Source: an uncultured delta proteobacterium (GTDB lineage: Bacteria; Desulfobacterota; RBG-13-43-22). Taken from it: DNA of 64,000 bases. A program made the translations under genes and the position numbers. This document shows, one piece after another, positions 10,124 to 19,487 of the stretch. The stretch lies in contig CAWBOS010000015.1 in assembly GCA_963790475.1 (NCBI GenBank), positions 96,001 through 160,000 of the forward strand, in the 5' to 3' direction. Numbering within the stretch: the first letter of the stretch is position 1; every line of letters begins with the position of its first letter. The notes beneath the pieces are model-generated. The model was not told where the DNA came from. It worked only from the letters and a program-made list of their open reading frames with translations, and did not search any database.

Positions 10124-10972
10124 TCATATCAGCAGGGAAGTCACAATATAGTCCGCGACCAAAATAAGAACACAGGAGAGCACGACGGCCGAGGTGGTGG
10201 ACAGGCCGACGGCCTTGGCCCCACGGCTATCCGCTCGCAGGTGCGCGAAATAACCTTGATAACAGCAGACCGTGGAGACGATCACCGCAAAAACAATAGC
10301 CTTGATGAATCCATCGGTAACATCTTTCATCTCCGTGCTGGCCTGAACGCGATGGAGATAGGTGCCCGCATTCGCACCCAGGAGCAATACCCCTGAGAAG
10401 TAGCCGCCGATAATGCCGACGAGGTCAAACAGGGCGGTGAGCAGGGGAAAGCTGATGATGGAGGCCGTGATTCTTGGACTGACGAGGTATTTGAGCGGAT
10501 CAATGCTCATGGTGTCCAGGGCATCAATCTGCTCGGAAATACGTAGGATGCCAATCTCTGCGGAGATCGCTGAGCCGGCCCTGGCCGCAATCATGATGGC
10601 GGTAAGAACGGGCCCCATTTCCCTGATTAGCGATAGAGTCACCAGGGTGCCAAGCGCCCCTTCCGCACCGACTTTAACCAGGGCATGGTAGGATTGGAGA
10701 CCCAAGACCATGCCGGTGAACAGGCCGACGAGCATGATGATCATCGTCGACCTGGCCCCGATATAATAAATCTGTTGAAGGATCTTGGGCAGTTGCTTGG
10801 CTCGAAAGGTCATCAGCAAGGCCAGAAAGAGAAAAATCAAGGCGGCGCCCAAATGGTTGACCCAACCGATCGCTCCCCTCCCGATGACCGCGAACGGCCC
10901 GGTTAATAAAGTACTGGGCGACTTCTCTCCAAGGTCTTCAGACAGGCTCGGTTGGGTTCCATTCATCGTCAT
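10124..10972 (-). CDS. mlaE: MlaE permease
   Basis: REMGPVLTAIMIAARAGSAISAEIG, EQIDALDTMSIDP, GAKAVGLSTTSAVV. Confidence 0.95.
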   Translation of the reverse strand: MTMNGTQPSLSEDLGEKSPSTLLTGPFAVIGRGAIGWVNHLGAALIFLFLALLMTFRAKQLPKILQQIYYIGARSTMIIMLVGLFTGMVLGLQSYHALVKVGAEGALGTLVTLSLIREMGPVLTAIMIAARAGSAISAEIGILRISEQIDALDTMSIDPLKYLVSPRITASIISFPLLTALFDLVGIIGGYFSGVLLLGANAGTYLHRVQASTEMKDVTDGFIKAIVFAVIVSTVCCYQGYFAHLRADSRGAKAVGLSTTSAVVLSCVLILVADYIVTSLLI

Positions 10973-11270
10973 GATTTTATAGAAAAATTTATATTTTATT
11001 AAAAAAGAATAAAATAAACCCTCGCAAAAGTCAATAAAGTCAAAAGGGTATTTTTTAAGAAAAATATCAGTATTGTTTAGGAAAAATAAGGAAGACCATC
11101 AGATAATTAGATGACATTTTGACCTATCGGTCGATTTTATTACTTTGGTTTAAGTTGTTATCTTTTTCTGGAATCCGGGGTCAGGATCTGCTGATTCCCA
11201 AACCTTAAAATCTATCCTAAAAGTGAAATGGCCCCCCGAAATCAGTGTTTGACTTTTATTCGGGCTTTTG

Positions 11271-11290
11271 ATATGTCATTTTTGACATAT
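11271..11290. promoter_or_regulatory. Palindromic operator ATATGTCA-TTTT-TGACATAT
   Basis: Perfect 8-bp inverted arms. Same core recurs at 19440-19457. Upstream of the aldehyde-oxidation cluster. Confidence 0.7.
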
Positions 11291-11371
11291 AAAACCAATA
11301 ATGGATCGCAATCCTATCTATCCGAGATTCACATAGTTACAGACACAACCCCTAAATTAGAAGGAATACCC

Positions 11372-12190
11372 GTGGAACATCAGGAAATATTAATGGATTC
11401 ATGGAGAAAGATCAAGGTTAAGAATGATCTCATTTTGCATTTCAATTACCTATTAAATAAGCGATCAAATTATTACTCTCTCAATGAAAGCGCCCTGGAG
11501 GATCTCATAGAACAATTGGATCATCTGGTCTATGTCAAAGATATTTCCTATTGGTTGACCCTGGCCCGTATCAATGAACTGGCCCTCCTCTGTACTGAAA
11601 ATTATGCCAATAACGGTGAATTGGCCCTGGTGGGAGACCTTCTGTTCAACCCAAGATTGATCCTGCTTCATATCCGAGGGGAGAATCGGCCAGTGGCCAA
11701 GAAACGCCACCCTCTCTTAACCGAACAATTCCGATTTGCCGGGGAAACCGTTCAAGACGTTATTGAATGGCTGAAAACGGAAACCTGTTTGGAAATTAAG
11801 AAGGAGGCCTTGCTGCCCTACCTTCACCAGAGGTTGGAAAAATCGGGCTATTTCAGAAAAGAATATTTCGAGTCGGTGACCCGACGAAAGATAAAGATTG
11901 CCGAATTAACCGGATTCATTTCCGGTATCGTGCCATCCGAAAGTTCCGATTTTTACCAATGGCTTCAAAAGGCCGGCCCCTCGGACCGGGAATTGCTAAA
12001 ATCCAAACTCTGTCCCTGTAATCGTGATTTCTATTTCGAATTGGGCAGCAGGGTGATGAACATTGCCCAGGGTCCTTTGTTGCCCACCGGGTTTCAACAT
12101 CACGAATCCGCCGAAACCAATGGAGGAATGATCTATGTCGAAAGTGTCCCTGAGTATCAATGGACGATCCGTACAAACGGAATCGGGTAA
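11372..12190 (+). CDS. Hypothetical protein
   Basis: Long ORF. GTG at 11372 follows an AAGGA RBS and lies downstream of the operator. No family recognised. Confidence 0.6.
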   Translation: MEHQEILMDSWRKIKVKNDLILHFNYLLNKRSNYYSLNESALEDLIEQLDHLVYVKDISYWLTLARINELALLCTENYANNGELALVGDLLFNPRLILLHIRGENRPVAKKRHPLLTEQFRFAGETVQDVIEWLKTETCLEIKKEALLPYLHQRLEKSGYFRKEYFESVTRRKIKIAELTGFISGIVPSESSDFYQWLQKAGPSDRELLKSKLCPCNRDFYFELGSRVMNIAQGPLLPTGFQHHESAETNGGMIYVESVPEYQWTIRTNGIG

Positions 12191-13199
12191 CAGCATCTTA
12201 CAAGCCGCGACTGAGGAAGGGATTTTCATCCCGACCCTGTGTCAACATCCCTTGTTGAAACCGGAGGAGGCCTGCCGGATCTGCGTTGTGGAAGAGGCTT
12301 TTGCCGGCGGGCAATTCGGTATCAAAGCGGCTATTACTAGCGAGGCCGTCACGGCCGCCGCTGCCCTATATTTTAAACGCCCCATTCGATATATACCCAG
12401 TTTGGAAGAATCGATTCTGACCACTTCAAAAAGACACCCCTATCAGATGAAGGTAAAGCTTGGGGCAGATGAAAAAGGACGCCTTACAGTCTATTGCAAT
12501 GACTTTTTGGTTGATAAAGGCGCCTATGCCATATTGGGTCCGGTAGTTGTCTTTCGTTCCCTGTCAATGTTTTCCGGTTCCTATTATATCCCCAATATTT
12601 CAGCCCTGGAGAAAATGGTTTATACCAACAGCAGGTTCGGCGGGGCTGCCCGGGGGGCGGGACCGCCGCAAACTATCTTTGCCCTGGAAGCAGCCATGGA
12701 CATGCTGGCCGAAAAAATTGAGATGGACCCACTGGAATTCAGGCGAATCAATTCACTCCAGCCGGGTCAGGCCAAATCCACGGGTATGGTCGTCGAAGAA
12801 TGGTCCTTTCCCCGGCTTTGTGAGGCCATCAAGCCCTACTACGATAAAGCCTTGAAAGATACGGCGGCTTCCAATCTTCAAGGCGGTCCTTTAAAAAGAG
12901 GGATTGAAATTGCGGCCTCTTCATTCGGCATCGGCGGGGCGGGTGACCGGGCCAAATTGGCCCTGGAGGTTGATCCGGATGACGGCATCACGATTTATGC
13001 CCCCGTGGCCGACCCGGGTGAGGGTAATGAATCCAGGCTGACTCAAATTGCCGCCGATCAACTGGGTCTGCCCTTAGAAAAGGTACGCCTGCAGACCAGG
13101 GATACCGAAAACACTGAGGCCATGGGTCCGTCAGCCGGAAGCCGGATGACCTGGATGGCCGGGGGCTCTCTCTTGTCTTTTGTGTCCATTCCTATTTGA
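12135..13199 (+). pseudogene. Chimeric/truncated xanthine-oxidase-family (Mo) aldehyde oxidoreductase
   Basis: First ~53 aa are a NuoG/FdhA-type 2Fe-2S start (SINGRSV..ILQAA..IPTLC..ACRICVVE). This runs directly into mid-protein Mo-binding motifs (GGQFGIK, KRHP, ARGAGPPQ, GSRMT) and stops before the C-terminal Moco subdomain. Confidence 0.8.
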
Positions 13200-13365
13200 A
13201 CAAGGCCTTCGGGCAGGGCTGGACGAAACCCCGTCTGCCGACGGAACATCGGATGGTCTATCGTCTGTCCCTTTATTTCTATAACACCATCGAAGAGTGC
13301 CATATATTTCTGGAGACCTTACAGGAAATATTTGAGGAACGGAGCTATCTGGTTTAAAGAATAAA

Positions 13366-13749
13366 ATGGACCAGGCCGTCATTAAATATTATCGCAACCT
13401 GTTGAAAACCGGTTTTAAGCAGGCCGGTTCGCTGGAAAATCCTTCCCTCTTCCTGGATACGGTCAATGAAAACATACCCATCTGCGGGAATATCGGCGAT
13501 TATTTGCATCTATACGTTCATATTCTGGATGGTGTAATTGACGACATCAAATATTTATGCACCTGTGACCCTACGACCAATGTGGCCGTGGAGATTTTCT
13601 GTATTTTAGTTAAGGGTAAAATCATTAAGGAACTAAAAACCATCACCAAAGAATTATTTTTCGAGGTGTTGGAACGAAGCGAAGAATTAGGTAAAAAAGC
13701 GGAAGGTCTGATAGAGCTTTTAAACAGAGGGCTGGCCCGATTTCCTTAA
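13366..13749 (+). CDS. IscU/NifU N-terminal-like Fe-S scaffold protein
   Basis: G.LENP..PICG..GD.LHLY...IDDIKYLCTCDP pattern resembles the NifU_N fold. Confidence 0.65.
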   Translation: MDQAVIKYYRNLLKTGFKQAGSLENPSLFLDTVNENIPICGNIGDYLHLYVHILDGVIDDIKYLCTCDPTTNVAVEIFCILVKGKIIKELKTITKELFFEVLERSEELGKKAEGLIELLNRGLARFP

Positions 13750-13867
13750 AAATCTTTATTACATCAAAATTTGAGCAAACGCCTTAAACAAATCAGGGAA
13801 ATTGAAATCGTAGTTAAGACAATTTTTCGCAATATCTTAGTTATCTTTCCATGAGGAGAACAGGGCG

Positions 13868-14209
13868 ATGTCTTTTGTCAAGCTGGCCCCGGAGGCGAAA
13901 AGAGCTATTGAAACTTTCTTAGAAGAAAAAGGACTCAAAGACCCCATACGCATCGACATACAGTCCACCGGCTGTTGCGACCCATCTTTGGGCCTTTTTC
14001 TGGATCAGCGGCGCCAGGCTGATCTGGTCGAGGAGTCGGATGGACTGCAGTTCCTGATCAGTCCCGATGTTCACCAGACCGTCGGCGAGGTGACCATTGC
14101 CTTTGCAGATGATAGGGATAAAAAGGGGTTTGTGATCACATCGAGCAAACCTTTGAGTGAATGGGAGGGATTCGGGGTCTGCGAAATTCAATTCGCGGAT
14201 AAGCAATAA
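13868..14209 (+). CDS. IscA/HesB-like protein
   Basis: KLAPEAKRAI..IRIDIQSTGCCDPSLGLFLD..GFVITS...C. Confidence 0.75.
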   Translation: MSFVKLAPEAKRAIETFLEEKGLKDPIRIDIQSTGCCDPSLGLFLDQRRQADLVEESDGLQFLISPDVHQTVGEVTIAFADDRDKKGFVITSSKPLSEWEGFGVCEIQFADKQ

Positions 14210-14253
14210 GGGATAACAACTGAACTAAAATCATTAAACAAGGAGGTTCCAGT

Positions 14254-16914
14254 ATGGATCAGTACAAGCTTTTTATTGATGGTGAGTTTGTTGATGCCCA
14301 GGACGGCAGAACTTTTGAATCGATCGATCCGGGAAACGAGACGCCGATAGCCACAGTGGCCCAGGCCGGAAAAGCCGATGCCGAGGCGGCCATTGCCGCG
14401 GCCAGGCGCGCTTTCGATCAGGGGGAGTGGCCGCGCCTGATGCCGGCGGCCAGGGCGGACCGCTGTTATGATTTTGCCGATCAGATCACCCAACAAAACC
14501 TGCGTCTGGCCCTCACTGAATCCATGGATTCCGGCCAGGTTATCGGACTGGCCAAGTATTGGGGCATGCTTGGGTCAGGAATACTGCGCAATCTGGCCTA
14601 CTATGCCGCCAACGGATTCCCCTGGGAAGAAGAGATTCCCTTCTCCGGCAACGTCTTCGGCCCCGGCCGTGATTTCATCCGCCGGGAACCCATTGGGGTT
14701 TGCGTCGGCATCATCCCCTGGAATTTCCCTTCGAGCATGGCTTTCTGGAAGATTGCTCAGGCCATCATCATGGGGAACTCTATTGTCTTGAAACCGGCCT
14801 CCTATACGCCGCTGACCGCTCTCATCATCGCCGAGGCCGCCAAGGCGGCGGGCATTCCCAAGGGGGTCATTAATGTCCTCCCCGGAGCGGGCGGGGAGCT
14901 GGGAAGAATACTCTGCACCCATCCGGACGTGGACAAGATCGCCTTCACCGGCAGCACCGAGGTCGGGCGGGAGATCATGAGGATGGCCTCCGACACGGTT
15001 AAGAAAGTGACCCTGGAGTTGGGGGGCAAATCGGCCAATATCATCCTGGACGATGCCGATATGAATTTTGCGGTGGAAGGGGCCGCTTTCGGGACTTTTT
15101 TCCATCAGGGCCAGATCTGCGAATCGGGAACCCGTGTACTGGTCCCGGCCAAAATCTACGATGAGTTCATCGACAAACTGAAAAAGCGTGCCGAGGCTCT
15201 CCGGGTCGGTTATCAATTGCTGCCTAACACCCACCTGGGCCCCTTAGTCAGCGCCCAGCAACTGGCCACGGTTGATCGGTATGTCCAGATCGGAAAACAA
15301 GAGGGGGCTGAGCTCATCACCGGCGGCAAGCGCGTCGAGGCCGAAGGCATCCAGGGCGGCTTCTACTATGCCCCCACCATCTTTACCAAGGTGAACAACA
15401 AGATGCGCATCGCCCAGGAAGAAATCTTCGGCCCTGTAGTCTGCGTCATCAAATACGACAGCGATGAAGAGGCCGTGGCTATTGCCAACGATTCCATATA
15501 CGGGTTGGGGGGCAGCGTTTTTTCCAGCAGCACGGCGCGGGCCGAGCGAATCGCCAGGCAGGTTCGCACCGGTACCATGTGGATCAACAATTATCATTCC
15601 TTCGGCGATTTCTGCCCCTTCGGCGGCTACAAACAGTCCGGTGTCGGCCGGGAGCTGGGCCATAGCGGATTGGCTGAATACACGCAGATTAAAAGATATC
15701 ATGTGAGTGCCTTCGCCGCTGCCGAAAGCAATTTCAGCATGGCCATCCTTAACGATGAGGCGAAGATCAATGTTTTGCAATATAACTGTCCTACCAACAT
15801 CATCGGCGGGCATGGATGCCTTTCCGTCATCTACAAGGCGATTGTCGACCTGGGGTGCAGGCGGGCGCTGATCCTCAGCGATCCCGGGGTCCGGCAGGCC
15901 GGACTGGTCCAACTGGTTCAGGACGCTCTGGTTGATTTCTGTGTCGGCGTCTTCGACGACATCGCCCAGGACACGGACTTGGATATCGTGGATGCCGCCG
16001 TGGCTAAGGCCCGGGACCTCAAAGCCGATTGCATCGTCAGCGTCGGCGGCGGGAGCGTCATTGATACGGGGAAAGCGGTTTGCGTCACCCTGAAAAACGG
16101 CGGAAAGGCCAACGATCATATCGCCATGCAGCGTTTACAAGAAGCCCAGACGCCCCATATCGTCATTCCCACTACCTCGGGCACCGGAAGCGAAGTGACC
16201 AATGTGGCCGTCATCAAAAGCAAGATGGCGGGAAGAAAGGTTTATATCATCGATATCCATATCGTGCCCAATGTGGCCATTCTGGATCCTCGCTTTACCA
16301 TGACCTTGCCCCCCGGATTGACGGTGACCACGGCCATGGACGCCATGACCCACGCCGTCGAGGCCCTGACCAGCACCATGGCCCAGCCTATCTGCGACGG
16401 CCAGGCTATGCAGGCCATCCGTTTAATAACCAAATACCTGCCTATGGTTGTCGCTGACCCGAAAGATGAAGCAGCCCGCAACAACCTGCAGATTGCCGCC
16501 ACTATGGCCGGGTGGGCCTTCAGCATCGCCCAGGTTGGCCTGGCCCATGCCATGGCCCATACGGTCGGCATCCTGCACAATGTTCCTCACGGGGCGGCTT
16601 GCGGTATTGTGCTGCCCAAAGTCATGCGCTTCAATGTCGATTTTGCCGCTGACAAGTTGGCCATGGTCGCTCAAGCCATGGGCGTCAACACCACGGGTCT
16701 GGACAATCGTCAAGCAGCTCTGGCGGCGGCCGAGGCCATAGAAACCCTCATGAAAAAAAGCGGGCATCCCCTTCAGCTTCGTAGCGTAGGAGTTCCTGAA
16801 GAAAATCTTGCCATTTGCGCCTTCCACGCCATGGGAGACGCGGCGTCGCTGTTCAATGCGCGGCCGGTCACCGATCCGCAGGAGGTGCTGAATCTCTATC
16901 AGGAGGCCTATTGA
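14254..16914 (+). CDS. Fusion of NAD-dependent (non-acylating type) aldehyde dehydrogenase and iron-containing alcohol dehydrogenase
   Basis: ALDH: PWNFP, FTGSTEVG, LELGGKS, GQICESG, EEIFGPV, PFGGYKQSG. Fe-ADH: GGGSVIDTGK, PTTSGTGSEVT, DAMTHAVE, HAMAH..VPHG. Confidence 0.93.
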   Translation: MDQYKLFIDGEFVDAQDGRTFESIDPGNETPIATVAQAGKADAEAAIAAARRAFDQGEWPRLMPAARADRCYDFADQITQQNLRLALTESMDSGQVIGLAKYWGMLGSGILRNLAYYAANGFPWEEEIPFSGNVFGPGRDFIRREPIGVCVGIIPWNFPSSMAFWKIAQAIIMGNSIVLKPASYTPLTALIIAEAAKAAGIPKGVINVLPGAGGELGRILCTHPDVDKIAFTGSTEVGREIMRMASDTVKKVTLELGGKSANIILDDADMNFAVEGAAFGTFFHQGQICESGTRVLVPAKIYDEFIDKLKKRAEALRVGYQLLPNTHLGPLVSAQQLATVDRYVQIGKQEGAELITGGKRVEAEGIQGGFYYAPTIFTKVNNKMRIAQEEIFGPVVCVIKYDSDEEAVAIANDSIYGLGGSVFSSSTARAERIARQVRTGTMWINNYHSFGDFCPFGGYKQSGVGRELGHSGLAEYTQIKRYHVSAFAAAESNFSMAILNDEAKINVLQYNCPTNIIGGHGCLSVIYKAIVDLGCRRALILSDPGVRQAGLVQLVQDALVDFCVGVFDDIAQDTDLDIVDAAVAKARDLKADCIVSVGGGSVIDTGKAVCVTLKNGGKANDHIAMQRLQEAQTPHIVIPTTSGTGSEVTNVAVIKSKMAGRKVYIIDIHIVPNVAILDPRFTMTLPPGLTVTTAMDAMTHAVEALTSTMAQPICDGQAMQAIRLITKYLPMVVADPKDEAARNNLQIAATMAGWAFSIAQVGLAHAMAHTVGILHNVPHGAACGIVLPKVMRFNVDFAADKLAMVAQAMGVNTTGLDNRQAALAAAEAIETLMKKSGHPLQLRSVGVPEENLAICAFHAMGDAASLFNARPVTDPQEVLNLYQEAY

Positions 16915-16989
16915 TAAAAATGATTCGAAACCATTTGGAAATCAAGATTAAGAGCCGGATACTCTGAGAAAATTTTTCTCTCTCATCCC

Positions 16990-17036
16990 GGTATCAAGGA
17001 GGGTTTCTCATTCAATGTGCAGCCCTCCTTGGTACC
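16990..17036 (+). terminator. Stem-loop downstream of the ALDH-ADH gene
   Basis: GGTATCAAGGAGGG ... CCCTCCTTGGTACC inverted repeat. No clear U-tract on the + strand. Confidence 0.45.
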
Positions 17037-17179
17037 AAAAGATGTCCCTTTTCACGTACACCATCAATTCTTTTCTGGAATAATCCGACCAAACTCCCTA
17101 ACCTTTAGGCAATCAGAATCTTTTCTTGATAATTATGTTTTTTTTTAGCATATAGGCAAAAAAGAGGTTATAAACAAAA

Positions 17180-18019
17180 ATGATAAGAGGAAAAATCATG
17201 CCACTTCCAAGTCAACCCAAAAACCTCATGACTATGAAATTATTTTCCGTTTTCTTTTTACTCTTTCTAACCGGTTTTCTTTTTCTCCCCGCCCTTCAAT
17301 CGGCTGCCGGAGAAGAGCTGACCGTTTCAGCGGCTATCAGCTTAAAGAATACATTTGAGGACCTAGGCAGGCATTTTGAAAAATCCCATCCGGGAATCAA
17401 GGTGCTTTTTAACTTTGGGGCCTCAGGGGACCTGGCCAGACAGATCGAAGCCGGTGCTCCGGTGGATGTATTTGCCTCCGCAGCCCTCAAAGACATGGAT
17501 GACCTGGATCGACAAGGCCTGATCCGGCCCGGCTCCAAAACGGATTTTGCCGGAAATACTTTGGTATTGACCGTCCCGAACCGCTCACCCATTCCGGTCA
17601 AGTCCTTCCAGGACCTCCGGGACAGCCACATTCAAAGGATAGCCATAGGGAATCCCAAAACCGTCCCGGCAGGAAGATATGCCCAGGAGGTATTGACCAG
17701 ACTTCAGCTCTGGGAGATGCTGAAAAGCAAATTAATCCTGGCTGAAAATGTAAGACAGGTATTGGATTATGTGGCCCGGGGGGAAGTCGATGCCGGGTTG
17801 GTCTATTCTACGGACGCCCGCACCCGGGTTAATGAAGTGAAAACAATTTCCATCGCCCCGGAAGAAAGCCATCAACCGATCCTTTATCCCATAGGTGTTG
17901 TCCGGGGGACAAAAAAAGAAGCCTTAGCCGCTGAATTTATCGCCCTGGTCTTATCACGGAACGGGAGGAACATTTTACAGCGGTATGGATTTATAATCCC
18001 TGAGGGAAAAAGCAAATAA
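17180..18019 (+). CDS. modA: Molybdate ABC transporter substrate-binding protein
   Basis: VSAAISL, FGASGDLARQIEAGAPVDVFASA, VPAGRYA, ENVRQVL. Start could be 17198 or later. Confidence 0.95.
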   Translation: MIRGKIMPLPSQPKNLMTMKLFSVFFLLFLTGFLFLPALQSAAGEELTVSAAISLKNTFEDLGRHFEKSHPGIKVLFNFGASGDLARQIEAGAPVDVFASAALKDMDDLDRQGLIRPGSKTDFAGNTLVLTVPNRSPIPVKSFQDLRDSHIQRIAIGNPKTVPAGRYAQEVLTRLQLWEMLKSKLILAENVRQVLDYVARGEVDAGLVYSTDARTRVNEVKTISIAPEESHQPILYPIGVVRGTKKEALAAEFIALVLSRNGRNILQRYGFIIPEGKSK

Positions 18020-18684
18020 TGGATGAATCGACCTGGTTTTCTGTTCGCCTTTCGTTGCAGGTAGCCCTGACGGCGACGGGTTTTATTCTGATCATTGGGA
18101 TACCTGTCGCCTACTTCCTGGCCAAACGGGATTTTAAAGGAAAAGAGTTGATCGATGTCCTCTTTACCCTTCCCCTGGTCCTGCCGCCAACGGTTACCGG
18201 ATATTATCTGATCATCCTGTTCGGCCGGAGAGGGACCATAGGAAAGTTCCTTTACGAATGGACAGGATGGAGCGTCATGTTTACCTGGTATGGAGCCGCT
18301 CTGGCCTCCTTTGTGGTCGCCCTGCCTTTGATGATTAAAACCTGCCGGGCGGCCATGGAATCGGTGGATCGTAATCTGATCAATGCCTCCTATACCCTGG
18401 GACATTCGGAATGGGAGACCGCTTTGAGAGTCATCCTCCCCCTGGCTAAAAGAGGAATCATCGCCGGAACGGTCCTTTCCTTTGCCCGGGCCATGGGTGA
18501 ATTCGGGGCCACCCTGATGATCGCCGGAAACATCCCCGGAAAAACCAACACCCTGCCCCTTTCCATCTACACCCTGGCCGGAAGCGGAGACTGGTCCAAG
18601 GCCCATATCCTGGTCCTCTTTTTAACCCTTCTGTCCGGATTATTCCTTTATCTGGCCAACCGGTTCAGCAGGAAAACCATCTGA
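18019..18684 (+). CDS. modB: Molybdate ABC transporter permease
   Basis: LPLVLPPTVTGY, FARAMGEFGATLMIAGNIPGKT. Confidence 0.96.
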   Translation: MDESTWFSVRLSLQVALTATGFILIIGIPVAYFLAKRDFKGKELIDVLFTLPLVLPPTVTGYYLIILFGRRGTIGKFLYEWTGWSVMFTWYGAALASFVVALPLMIKTCRAAMESVDRNLINASYTLGHSEWETALRVILPLAKRGIIAGTVLSFARAMGEFGATLMIAGNIPGKTNTLPLSIYTLAGSGDWSKAHILVLFLTLLSGLFLYLANRFSRKTI

Positions 18685-19397
18685 TGGGCTTCTCCCTCAA
18701 ACTTCGCAAGCAGGTCAATGGATTTAAACTCGATGTCGAGTGGGCCATGAAAAATGAGCTGGCCGTTCTTTTTGGATTTTCCGGTGCCGGGAAATCGATG
18801 ACCCTGCAATTGATCGCCGGACTGATCCGACCGGATGAGGGATGGATATATTCGGGAAACAGAACCCTATTCGATAGCCGGTCGGGCATCAATCTCGCCC
18901 CTCAGGCCCGTTCCATTGGCTATGTTTTTCAAAACCTGGCCCTCTTTCCTCACATGACGATCAAGCGAAACATCCTCTATGGGGCCGGGGGAATAAGAAC
19001 TGAAACGAAGGATGAACAGGTACGAAAGATGATGGAAACCTTTCATCTGGTCGGGTTGGAATCCCGCTACCCTTCCGAAATTTCCGGTGGACAACAGCAG
19101 AGAGTGGCCCTGGCTCGGGCACTGATCCGCCGCCCCGATCTCATCCTCCTGGATGAACCCTTCTCCGCCCTGGATAAACCGTTGCGAATGGAAATGCAAA
19201 AATTTCTTAAGGAGGTTCGGCGAGAGTTTAATATCCCCCTGCTCCTGGTAACCCATGATCTTTCAGAGGCCTTATCCCTGGCGGATAAAATCATCGTCTA
19301 CTCCCGGGGCAGGATCGCCCAGATCGGTCCCCCCGAGAATATCGGTCTTAATCCGGTGGATGCAGAAGTAAAGTCGTTATTTTTCAATCCTTCCTAA
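18684..19397 (+). CDS. modC: Molybdate ABC transporter ATPase (no TOBE domain)
   Basis: GFSGAGKS, ISGGQQQRVALARAL, DEPFSALD. Translationally coupled to modB. Confidence 0.9.
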   Translation: MGFSLKLRKQVNGFKLDVEWAMKNELAVLFGFSGAGKSMTLQLIAGLIRPDEGWIYSGNRTLFDSRSGINLAPQARSIGYVFQNLALFPHMTIKRNILYGAGGIRTETKDEQVRKMMETFHLVGLESRYPSEISGGQQQRVALARALIRRPDLILLDEPFSALDKPLRMEMQKFLKEVRREFNIPLLLVTHDLSEALSLADKIIVYSRGRIAQIGPPENIGLNPVDAEVKSLFFNPS

Positions 19398-19431
19398 TAG
19401 ACTCCCCTAATCGGCACAATCAGATTTTTTC

Positions 19432-19459
19432 TTGACTTTTATGTCATTTTTGACATAGT
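19432..19459 (+). promoter_or_regulatory. Sigma70-like promoter overlapped by operator TATGTCA-TTTT-TGACATA
   Basis: TTGACT (19432) N16 CATAGT. The 18-bp palindrome at 19440-19457 occupies the spacer and -10. Confidence 0.7.
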
Positions 19460-19487
19460 TGGCAAAAAATCTATGAGGAGGCAGCGG

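Noticed and set aside
11228-11371. 5' extension of the hypothetical ORF given in the ORF track
   Set aside because: It spans the promoter and operator and has no RBS. GTG 11372 is the better start. Similar over-long starts were trimmed for lgt, both tupA genes, nif3, rpsT, nusB, ribH, ribD and rpiB.
13868-14209. HesB-like selenoprotein
   Set aside because: The motif is encoded by Cys codons (TGT TGC) and there is no in-frame TGA.
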